DNA of 64,000 nt from Vulcanimicrobiota bacterium (GTDB lineage: Bacteria; Vulcanimicrobiota; Xenobia; Xenobiales; Xenobiaceae), in the NCBI GenBank assembly GCA_944322965.1, contig CALUQR010000009.1:8845-72844 (forward strand), given 5' to 3'. The translations under genes and the position numbers were made by a program. This document shows positions 8,838 through 17,163 of the stretch, piece by piece. The first letter of the stretch is position 1, and every line of letters begins with the position of its first letter. The notes under the pieces are model-generated. The model saw nothing but the letters and a program-made list of their open reading frames with translations. It ran no database searches and was not told where the DNA came from.

Positions 8838-10055
8838 TTACTTGCCTTCAGGAATGAGGCTGGGCAGGATAGCGTAGAACTCGGTAGCCTTAACCGCCTC
8901 GTCCAGAGGCACGCTGTCGCGTACGGTGTGGGCCGTCACTTCGTCGCCAGGGCCAAAGCCGATGGCCGGGATATTGGCCTTACCCATCCAGTAGATACCG
9001 TTAGTAGAGAAAGCCCACTTGCTAGAGGGGACGTCCTTTAAGCCGATGGCTACGCGCGCCTTCTGGCCGGCCTCCACCAAGGGATGATGCTCATCTAAGG
9101 CCCAAGCCGGGAAGTACTTGTCTACTTTGAAGACGAAGCCGGTATAAGAGGGCTCGTCGTAGGTCATCATATTGACGGTGATGTCCTTCTTATCTTTTTC
9201 AGGGATCAAGTTGCGAATCTGCTCCAAAGCGCCCTCAGCCGTCTCGCCGAAGGTCATGCGGCGGTCGACGTAGACCCGGCACTCGTCGGGAACGGCGTTG
9301 ATGGAGGGGGTCTGAACCTTGACGTCGGAGACGGTGATCTTGCCATGGCCTAAGAAGGGATCGTCGCCCAGCTCGGGCTCTAACTTAGAGATACCCTCGA
9401 TGACGGGCAGCATCTTGTAGACCGCGTTATCGCCCACTTGGTTGGAGGCGGCGTGAGCGCTGCGCCCTTTGGCGATAATCTCCACCTCTACCCGGCCCTT
9501 GTGACCGCGATAGACCTGCATCTTAGTAGGCTCGCCGATAACGACGAAGTCGGGCTTAATACCCTCGTGCTCCACTAAGGCGTTGGGGGCGATACCGTCG
9601 CACCACTCTTCCATATTGCCGAAGTAGTAAGCCTTCCAACCCTTGAGTAAGCCCAACTTCTTGGCGATGGCCAAACCGTAGACCATACCCGGGGTGCTGC
9701 CCTTCTCGTCGCAGGCGCCGCGAGCGTAGAGGACGCCGTCTTCAATCTTGCCCTGGAAGGGATCCCATTTCCACTCGTGGGGATCGCCCACGCCGACAGT
9801 ATCGATATGGCTGTCGAAGAGGATGGTGCGCGGCCCGTCGCCGATCTCGCCTACAATATTACCCATGCTGTCAAACCAGGTCTTGTCGAAGCCCAGCTTG
9901 TCCATCTCCGCCTTAATGCGCTCCCCCACCTCTTTAATCTGGGAATTCATGGACGGAATAGCGCAAATATCACGCAAGAACTTAATAATATCCTCGCGAT
10001 GTTTAGCTACTTCAGCCTGAATGGCGGCTACGTTACTCTCAGTACTCATTCTCAA
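8838..10055 (-). CDS. M20-family metallopeptidase/deacylase (ArgE/DapE/YgeY-like)
   Basis: SHIDTV metal-binding motif, GACDEKG motif, and the overall M20 dimerisation-domain architecture. Confidence 0.7.
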   Translation of the reverse strand: MRMSTESNVAAIQAEVAKHREDIIKFLRDICAIPSMNSQIKEVGERIKAEMDKLGFDKTWFDSMGNIVGEIGDGPRTILFDSHIDTVGVGDPHEWKWDPFQGKIEDGVLYARGACDEKGSTPGMVYGLAIAKKLGLLKGWKAYYFGNMEEWCDGIAPNALVEHEGIKPDFVVIGEPTKMQVYRGHKGRVEVEIIAKGRSAHAASNQVGDNAVYKMLPVIEGISKLEPELGDDPFLGHGKITVSDVKVQTPSINAVPDECRVYVDRRMTFGETAEGALEQIRNLIPEKDKKDITVNMMTYDEPSYTGFVFKVDKYFPAWALDEHHPLVEAGQKARVAIGLKDVPSSKWAFSTNGIYWMGKANIPAIGFGPGDEVTAHTVRDSVPLDEAVKATEFYAILPSLIPEGK

Positions 10056-10205
10056 TAAAACTCCACAAAATACATTCCACTGCAGGTCGACGGCCTTAAA
10101 CCCTCCGACCCCAGTACCAACGACCGCCTTGGAAGTTCCTGGCTTCTAGAAGGGTTTCCTGCAGAATGAGAGCTTTTTTTTAGGCATTTTAAGAAGTGAA
10201 AACTT

Positions 10206-11336
10206 TTAGAAGGCGGGATCTCTAAAGTCCCAATTTTGACTATCTAAAGAGACGGTCTCCTTAATGATAGGGTCTAAAACTTTATAAAACTGGGGTTCTT
10301 CCTCCCCGTGCCAACCCTCGATTAAGATGCGGGAGGTATCCTCCTCAAAGCGCAAGCGCTCTATTAAGCGCAAAGTCTCTTCCGCGGAGAGGGAATGGGG
10401 GCTAGGCTCCGCTCCGGGTAAGGCCAGAGGGTAGTAGAGGCGCGCCTTAGAGCCCTCCTCGCGCCCTTCGTTCCATTCCGCTAAGACTCGGTAGAGGGCG
10501 GGGGAATGTAAGAAGAAGACCAACTCTTGTAAGTTGCGCCCATGTTCACAGATCGCCCGCCAACGCCTGGCGATCCGCTCCACCTGGCCCAGATAGAGGA
10601 TGATATTGGCCTCAAAGAGGTTGCGCTCGCGCAGAGATTTAGTGGCGTCGCCCGAGAGGATCAAGGGGCGCTTAATGAAGCTGCGCAGCTCGCGCATACT
10701 GTAGGCCCCTAAGATCAAGATGCGCCAGACGTGGGAGCCGATATCGATAACTAGGGGCTCCGCCTGAGCCCCCTCTAACTCTACCTCGCTTAGGACTAGG
10801 CCTATCTCGGAATGGAGGCGCTTAGTGAGGAGCTCGGAGACGGGGACCTTCTCCCCTTCCCACTCTACCTGAGGGGGTAAAAAGAGGCCTAAGAGGGGGT
10901 GACCCGCCGCTTGCAAAGCTAAATGGGCCAAGCCGCGCTGGCCGATCCAGACCGATAACTTACTGGCCGGGGGCCAGAGGTGTGGTGACAAGGGGCGACG
11001 GGGCGGGGCCACAAAGACGACTAAATTTAAGAATAGGGATTGGAGTAAATCCTCTAGCTGGGCCCCTTGCAACCGCTCCGGCCACCAGCGCTTGGCCTCC
11101 TCTAAGGTGGAGACGCATAGAGAGAGGCGCCTACTGACCGATAAGCGCTGGCGCAGAGCGTAGAGGGAGGCTACCGCCGCCGGCGACTCGCTGCTAGCCC
11201 AGAGCACGTAACCTAAACGCGTCGTACAGGCCACTAAGCGCCCCCGCTCCAAAGTATCTAAAAAGATCCTCTTCTCCGCCCCTTGGAAGCCACGCTCCCC
11301 GCAGCGCAACCAGCCGCCCCTCTTCTCCTTAGCCAT
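10206..11336 (-). CDS. Hypothetical protein, possibly a divergent YrdC/Sua5-fold domain protein. Co-transcribed with the hybrid kinase.
   Basis: Weak pattern resemblance to the YrdC fold but lacking conserved residues. Its start overlaps the upstream kinase stop by 8 nt. Confidence 0.3.
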   Translation of the reverse strand: MAKEKRGGWLRCGERGFQGAEKRIFLDTLERGRLVACTTRLGYVLWASSESPAAVASLYALRQRLSVSRRLSLCVSTLEEAKRWWPERLQGAQLEDLLQSLFLNLVVFVAPPRRPLSPHLWPPASKLSVWIGQRGLAHLALQAAGHPLLGLFLPPQVEWEGEKVPVSELLTKRLHSEIGLVLSEVELEGAQAEPLVIDIGSHVWRILILGAYSMRELRSFIKRPLILSGDATKSLRERNLFEANIILYLGQVERIARRWRAICEHGRNLQELVFFLHSPALYRVLAEWNEGREEGSKARLYYPLALPGAEPSPHSLSAEETLRLIERLRFEEDTSRILIEGWHGEEEPQFYKVLDPIIKETVSLDSQNWDFRDPAF

Positions 11337-13050
11337 GATGCTCCTCGCTATGCTCTAAACAGGCCTGCACCGCCTCTAAGAGTTCCTTTTTGAAGAGGGG
11401 CTTAAAGAGATACTTGCGTCCGGTAGTCTTGAGCAGGTTGGAGACGTTGTAACCCGTCATAAAGATAAAGCGCTCTTGGAGTTTGGGATCTATTTCCCCC
11501 ACCTTCTGATAGAGCTCTAAACCGTTCATGCGGGGCATATTGTAGTCGCAGAGGATACAATCGAACTGGCGCTTATCTTCCTGCAGGCGCTGCAGACACT
11601 CTTCCCCGCTCCTAGCGAACTCCACGTAGTAGCCGTCGCTCTCCAGGTAGTCGCGCAACATGGAGAAGCTCATAATCTCATCTTCTACGATGAGGACCGC
11701 CGGTTGGGAGGAGATGATCACCCCGCCCGCCTCTTCGACGATCCTTTCCCCGCTATTAGCCTCCTCGTAAGCGGGACTGGGCAAGAACCAACTGACGGTC
11801 AAGCCGCCCTGTTCGTTATTGTGGGCGCTGATGCGACCTTGGCACTCTTGGACGATAGTTTTAGCTACCGCTAACCCCAAGCCGGGCAGCTGCGAGCGCC
11901 CCCAGTGGGAGACCCCGGGCTGGAAGATAGATTGGGGATGTTGGGGATCGAGATAGGCCGAGCCTACCCCCAAGGCGTTGTCGCTCACCTCGCACAAGAT
12001 GCCGTCGGCGCAGGGACCGGCCTCTAAAGTGATCTGACCGCGGTAGCGCTGGGAGCGCTTGGAGGAACTCAGAGTGCGCACCTTAGCGTTGACCGCCCGG
12101 CGCGCGTTATCTAAGGCGATAGTCCACAGTAAGCGCAGGCGCGGCAGAGAGCCCACCACTTCCCGCACCTGGCGGTCGACTAAGATTAAGAATTCGCCCG
12201 GCCATTCCGAACCGCAATAGTAACGCTCTTGGTTGACGATCTCTTCTAAGAGAGAGCGCAGATCGAAGAGCTGAGTGGAGCGCTCGGGGCCGCCCTTAGT
12301 TAACTGGGCGAAGTCGGCGCTGAGAGAGGAGATCTCGCAAGCTTGATGGGTCAATAACTCGGCCTGGTCGGAGAGCTCTCCCCCCTTAGAAGCGGCCAAG
12401 GTCTGGGCGTAGAGTTCTAACTGCTGGGTGCGCTCAGTGAGGAGCTTAGCTAAGACCTGGGCTCGCACCCCCAAGACGGCCCAAGTACCGATAGCCTCCC
12501 AATTGGCGGGCGAGGCCGCCGGCTGAGCGGCTGGAGCGGCGGCCGCCTGGGAGGGGCTAGCTGGGGAGGCGGCAGCGCTCTCCGTGGGGGAGCTGCTCTC
12601 CGGCTCCGCCTCCATATCGGCGGCCGTCAATTTAGCTACTAAGTCGTGGCTCTTAGATTTTAAGAGCCCGGCGCGCAGACTGCCCGACCAGAGGCAGAGC
12701 TCCATCTCGTCTTCTCGCCACAGAGCGTTACGCGTATTCTTCTCAAAATCGCGCTGCTCGCGTCCGCTCAAGTGGGATTCGGCTCCGATGACGACTAAGG
12801 CCCGCAGAGGCTCAATCTTCCCCAAAGCGCAACAGAAGTCGCGCCAGAGCACATCGGGCAAGGGGTACTTGACGATAACTATGAGAGGGGGGCGCTTGAG
12901 CGCCAGTTCCAGGGCGCTATACCCATCCTTAGCCTGGACCAACTCCCAATTCTTCTGTTGGCAGATATGGCCCCAGAGGCTGGATATGGCTTCTGATTCA
13001 CCAATAAATAGGACTAAAGGACGCATTCGGGAGGCAAAGACGGTGGACAT
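11329..13050 (-). CDS. Hybrid sensor histidine kinase/response regulator (degenerate N-terminal REC, HATPase_c, C-terminal REC)
   Basis: HATPase G-boxes (GLGLAVAKTIVQ). C-terminal receiver (LIVEDE...DCILCDYNMP...K). The six-frame ORF extends to 13320 but would overlap cheW by ~200 nt, so an internal Met (MSTVFASRMRP) at 13050 is the likelier start. Confidence 0.6.
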   Translation of the reverse strand: MSTVFASRMRPLVLFIGESEAISSLWGHICQQKNWELVQAKDGYSALELALKRPPLIVIVKYPLPDVLWRDFCCALGKIEPLRALVVIGAESHLSGREQRDFEKNTRNALWREDEMELCLWSGSLRAGLLKSKSHDLVAKLTAADMEAEPESSSPTESAAASPASPSQAAAAPAAQPAASPANWEAIGTWAVLGVRAQVLAKLLTERTQQLELYAQTLAASKGGELSDQAELLTHQACEISSLSADFAQLTKGGPERSTQLFDLRSLLEEIVNQERYYCGSEWPGEFLILVDRQVREVVGSLPRLRLLWTIALDNARRAVNAKVRTLSSSKRSQRYRGQITLEAGPCADGILCEVSDNALGVGSAYLDPQHPQSIFQPGVSHWGRSQLPGLGLAVAKTIVQECQGRISAHNNEQGGLTVSWFLPSPAYEEANSGERIVEEAGGVIISSQPAVLIVEDEIMSFSMLRDYLESDGYYVEFARSGEECLQRLQEDKRQFDCILCDYNMPRMNGLELYQKVGEIDPKLQERFIFMTGYNVSNLLKTTGRKYLFKPLFKKELLEAVQACLEHSEEHHG

Positions 13051-13113
13051 ACTGGCCAAAGTTCGTTTTCCTCTTCCGCCTGCCCTCCCACTTATGCTAG
13101 GATTAGGCGATCC

Positions 13114-13629
13114 ATGAGTCCCACCGCTCACACCCAAGCCAATTTTATCCTCACTTTTAAGTGGGGCGAACAGACCTTCGCCCTCCCCCTCCATTGCGTA
13201 GTACGCGTAGAGCAGGCGGTAGCGCTGACCCCCCTCCCCGGCGCCCCGGAACACGTCTTGGGGCTCCTCAATAATCACGGCCAGCTCCTGCCCGTCCTCG
13301 ATCTGCGCCCCTCTCTCCATCTGCCTGGCGGCAAATTGGCCTTCCGCGACCAGCTCATTATCTGTCGCAACGAAAAGCGCTCCCTGGTCTTAGTCGTAGA
13401 TCGCGTCTTGGGGGTCAGCAGCTACCATTTGGAGGTCAAGACCTCCTCCCTCCTCAAAGCCGCCCTGCGCATCCACAGTCTAGTCCAGCTGGGTCCAGAT
13501 CTCATCCTGCTCACTACCCCTGAGCGCCTCTTAGAGGTAGAGAGCGTCCAAGAGTTAGAGGAATTGCTCACCGTCTGGCAGGGGGCGGCTCCCCAGGCAG
13601 GTCCCCTCCCTCAAGATTCGAAGCTCTAA
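13114..13629 (+). CDS. cheW: CheW-like coupling protein (FrzA-like)
   Basis: Single CheW domain (FALPLHCVVRVEQAVALTPLPGAPEHVLGLLNNHGQLLPVLDL). Confidence 0.75.
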   Translation: MSPTAHTQANFILTFKWGEQTFALPLHCVVRVEQAVALTPLPGAPEHVLGLLNNHGQLLPVLDLRPSLHLPGGKLAFRDQLIICRNEKRSLVLVVDRVLGVSSYHLEVKTSSLLKAALRIHSLVQLGPDLILLTTPERLLEVESVQELEELLTVWQGAAPQAGPLPQDSKL

Positions 13630-13635
13630 GGGCCT

Positions 13636-14961
13636 ATGGATGCCCGCTTACAGCGCCTAGCCGATTTGCTGCAAAATTGGGCCGGTCAATGGTTCCCCCC
13701 CGGCCGGCACGCCGATTTGGCGCGGTCTTTAGAGAAGTTCGCCTCCCAAGTAGACGCCCAGGGCGATTGGGAGAGGGCGCTAGAGATCTTGGAGGCTAAT
13801 CCCTCGGCCGCTATGCGCCAGAGCGTCCTCCAAGAGGTCTTAGTGGGAGAGACCTATTTCTTTCGCGATCCCCAATTGTGGCAGAGCCTGCGCCTAGAGA
13901 TTATCCCGGCCCTCTTAGAGGCTAAAAGTTCTGAAAGTAGCCTCTCCATCTGGAGCCTAGGCTGTTCGAGCGGGGAAGAGCCCTACGGCGTCGCCCTCTA
14001 CTTAGCCCACTACTTCCCCCAGTTAATTAATTGGCGGATCAATATTTGGGCTAGCGATATTTCCTCTGTGGCCCTAGAGCGAGCTAAGGCCGGCCTCTAC
14101 GGGGAGCGCTCTATGCGTTTAGTCCCCCCAGAACTGCGCCGGCGCTGGTTTACAAAGGTCCCCCAAGGTTGGCAGATCGCCGCCCCGCTGCGCCAACGTG
14201 TCCACTGGCAGGAGCAGAACCTCTGCGCCGCCGATCCTCCCCTCCTGGAGGGGCGCCAGTGGGATCTTATCCTCTGCCGCAACGTCTTAATCTACCTCCA
14301 GCCCCACCTCTTAGGGGGTACGGTAGAGAGGTTGGGTTCTAAATTGAATCCCCAGGGTTGGCTCATCTTAGCCCCCATGGAGATCCCCCTCCACTTACCC
14401 GCTAACCTGCGCTTAGAGCAGACTAAGAGCCAACTTTTAGCCCTGCGCCCCTCCCTAAAGCCTAAGCTAGAGCCTAGCGTAGCGCCCCTCTCTCCCCCTC
14501 TAACTCCCGCGCCAGCGCCTAAAGCCCTGGAAGAGCCTAGCGCTCCCTCCCCTTTAGGCCCTCCCACCTTAGAGCGGGCCCAAGCTAGCGCCCAGCGGGC
14601 CCAGCGCTTAGCCGACAGCGGCCAGCTCCAAGAGGCGCTCTGGGAAGCTATCAATAGCGTCGATACCTGCCAAACCTTTATTGGCGGCTGGTTGAGCTTG
14701 GCCTTAGTCCAGGGCGAGTTGGAACTCTACGAAGAGGCCCTCGATTCGCTGCAGAAGGCCCTCTATCTCGATCCCCAGAGCCCCTGCACCTACCTCTACT
14801 TGACGCGCATCTTGCACACTTTGCACGATCCCCAGTACCAGCGCTACCAGACCATCTTTTTCCAATTAGTCCAAACCCTACCCGATAGCGCCCCTCTCCC
14901 TTACGGTTGGGGCCTGCAGGTGGGGGAAGCCAAAGAACTTTTGCGCACCTTGACCTCTTAG
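13636..14961 (+). CDS. cheR: CheR-type MCP methyltransferase with C-terminal TPR domain (FrzF-like)
   Basis: CheR SAM-binding core (SLGCSSGEEPY...ASDIS...ILCRNVLIYL). C-terminal TPR-like helical repeats. Confidence 0.8.
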   Translation: MDARLQRLADLLQNWAGQWFPPGRHADLARSLEKFASQVDAQGDWERALEILEANPSAAMRQSVLQEVLVGETYFFRDPQLWQSLRLEIIPALLEAKSSESSLSIWSLGCSSGEEPYGVALYLAHYFPQLINWRINIWASDISSVALERAKAGLYGERSMRLVPPELRRRWFTKVPQGWQIAAPLRQRVHWQEQNLCAADPPLLEGRQWDLILCRNVLIYLQPHLLGGTVERLGSKLNPQGWLILAPMEIPLHLPANLRLEQTKSQLLALRPSLKPKLEPSVAPLSPPLTPAPAPKALEEPSAPSPLGPPTLERAQASAQRAQRLADSGQLQEALWEAINSVDTCQTFIGGWLSLALVQGELELYEEALDSLQKALYLDPQSPCTYLYLTRILHTLHDPQYQRYQTIFFQLVQTLPDSAPLPYGWGLQVGEAKELLRTLTS

Positions 14962-14979
14962 AGCTTAGAATCGCCGCCT

Positions 14980-15495
14980 ATGAGCCTCTCACCCGCTGAA
15001 GAATCGATCCTGCGCCAGCGCGCCCAGCGTTTAGCCCGACCGCTGCCGGCCCTCGCTCCCCAGACGCCCGCCTTGAGCCTATTGCGCTTCACTTTGGGCT
15101 CGGAGAGTTACGCCCTAGAGAGCAAGTACGTCTTAGAGGTGGTCAGCACCAAACAGCTCTTGCCCCTCCCCGGGGTCCCCAGCTTTGTCAAAGGGATCCT
15201 CTCCGTTCAGGGGCAGATCTGGTCGATCATCGATATTCGCGATTTCTTCGCCATCGCCAAAGATGGGCCCAACCACCATTCGCGCGCCATCTTAGTCTCT
15301 ACCCCCTACTTGCGCTGGGGCCTTTTAGCCGACGCCCACTTAGAGATCCTCTACCCCAAAAACCTCGATCCCCCGCCCGGAGTTAACGAGCATATCCCCC
15401 GCAACTTCATTAAGGGGACCCTGGAGCAGACGGTAGTGGTCCTCGATATCGTAAATTTTTCCGCCGATCCGCGCCTTCTGGTGCGTGAAACCTGA
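14980..15495 (+). CDS. cheW: Second CheW-like protein (FrzB-like)
   Basis: CheW-domain pattern LLRFTLGSESYALESKYVLEVV...LPGVPSFVKGILSVQGQIWSIIDIRDFF. Confidence 0.7.
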   Translation: MSLSPAEESILRQRAQRLARPLPALAPQTPALSLLRFTLGSESYALESKYVLEVVSTKQLLPLPGVPSFVKGILSVQGQIWSIIDIRDFFAIAKDGPNHHSRAILVSTPYLRWGLLADAHLEILYPKNLDPPPGVNEHIPRNFIKGTLEQTVVVLDIVNFSADPRLLVRET

Positions 15496-15513
15496 GAATC
15501 TCGAGGTATTGTC

Positions 15514-17157
15514 ATGTCCCATCCCCTCCCTGCTTTCGCCCCTCGGCGCTCCACCTCCCAGATGCTCAATTACGTGGTCTCCATCCTCTTAATCTTGACC
15601 TTGGGAGCCATCGCCTTTCTCACTCTGCGCACCACCCCCCAGATCGAAGAGGCCAACGAGCTATGCCAAATGACGGCCAATGCGGAGAGCAAGTTGTGGA
15701 AGATCTCGGCCTTGAGCGGGCGCCTTTTGGGAAGTAACCCCCACGATCTAACCTCGGAGATGCGCCTCGATCTGAGCCAAGAGCAGGAGCAACTCGACGT
15801 CGAGTTCCGCCGCCTCAGCCACGCCTTAGAGAGTTCGCCTGCCTTAGTGCGCGAACAGCTGGCTAACGCCATCCGCCTCTGGCATCAGAGTAAAGTCGTC
15901 TTAGAGCGCCAGCTGGAGAGCGATACCCCGCTCCAACTCCACGAGCGCCTGGCCTTTGAGCGCAATATCAATAGTATTATGATCGCTCTGGGCGTCATCT
16001 CCGATCTCCTCTTAGACAGCACCGAGCAGATCGTCAATTACGCCAATACGGTGACTACCGGCGTCTATACCGCCATCCTCATCTTGATCCTCTGGATCTT
16101 GCTCTTATCGCGCTCCGTCTCCAACCGCGTCGCCCACTTACAGACCTGCGCCTTGCGCATTTCCGCGGGCGACCTGAGCGCTAGAGCCACCCTCATCGGC
16201 CACGACGAATTGACGGCTATGGCCAGTTCCTTTAACGAGATGGCCCGCCAGATAGAGCATAAGATAGCCTCCGAGCAGGAGGCCCGCCGCCGTTTAGAGG
16301 GCCTCATTCAGACCTTGCGCGAAGCCTCTATCCAGATCGCCGAATCGGCCAGCGGCATCTTAGAGGCCACCACTAAGCAAGCGGTAGCCATGTCCGAAGA
16401 GTCCTCGGCCGTCTCCGAGACTTCCGTGATCGTAGGCCAGCTCAAGCAAGTGACCCTCCTCTCCACCCAGAAGGCCGAGGAGGTAGCCCACTTAGCCCGC
16501 ACCTCCGAGCAGGTGAGCTTACAAGGTAAAGAGGCGGTAGAACGCAGCGTGCAGGGGATGACGACTCTGCGCCAAGAGGTCCAAGCCATAGCCGCCGATA
16601 TGCAACATCTCTCCGAGCAGACCCAAGCTATAGGGGAGATCATCTCCACCGTCCAAGAGCTGGCCGAACAATCGAATATGTTGGCGGTCAACGCGGCTAT
16701 CGAGGCGGCCCGAGCGGGCGAACACGGTTACGGCTTCTCCGTAGTAGCTAACGAAGTGCGCTCTTTGGCCGAACAGTCGCGCCAAGCTACGGTCCAGGTA
16801 CGCTCCATCTTGGGAGAGGTCCAAAAGTCGGTCCAGACGGCGCTCAATAATACGGCTACCGGTACCCGGGCCGCCGAGACGGGGATGGAGTTGGTCAATC
16901 AGGCCGGTCAGGCCATTCGCTCCTTAGCCGATACTATCTCCCTCTCCAGCAACTCGGCTAGCCAGATCCGCGCCTCCTCAGAGCAGCAGGCGGCCGGCGT
17001 AGAGCAGATCGCCCAAGCGATCGCCTCCATCCAGATCGCCAGTCAACAGACCTTAGAGAATACCCAACAGTCGGAAGAGCAGGCCAAGATCATGAAGAAG
17101 CTCTCCCTCTCGCTGCGCAATCTCTTACAGACTAACCAGGAGACCGAGCAGGAATAA
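15514..17157 (+). CDS. Methyl-accepting chemotaxis protein (2 TM, HAMP, MCP signalling domain)
   Basis: HAMP segment. Highly conserved signalling-domain core EQSNMLAVNAAIEAARAGEHGYGFSVVANEVRSLAEQS. Confidence 0.85.
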   Translation: MSHPLPAFAPRRSTSQMLNYVVSILLILTLGAIAFLTLRTTPQIEEANELCQMTANAESKLWKISALSGRLLGSNPHDLTSEMRLDLSQEQEQLDVEFRRLSHALESSPALVREQLANAIRLWHQSKVVLERQLESDTPLQLHERLAFERNINSIMIALGVISDLLLDSTEQIVNYANTVTTGVYTAILILILWILLLSRSVSNRVAHLQTCALRISAGDLSARATLIGHDELTAMASSFNEMARQIEHKIASEQEARRRLEGLIQTLREASIQIAESASGILEATTKQAVAMSEESSAVSETSVIVGQLKQVTLLSTQKAEEVAHLARTSEQVSLQGKEAVERSVQGMTTLRQEVQAIAADMQHLSEQTQAIGEIISTVQELAEQSNMLAVNAAIEAARAGEHGYGFSVVANEVRSLAEQSRQATVQVRSILGEVQKSVQTALNNTATGTRAAETGMELVNQAGQAIRSLADTISLSSNSASQIRASSEQQAAGVEQIAQAIASIQIASQQTLENTQQSEEQAKIMKKLSLSLRNLLQTNQETEQE

Positions 17158-17163
17158 GCGACT

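Noticed and set aside
12584-13117. 177-aa plus-strand ORF
   Set aside because: It is antisense inside the hybrid histidine kinase and has no features.
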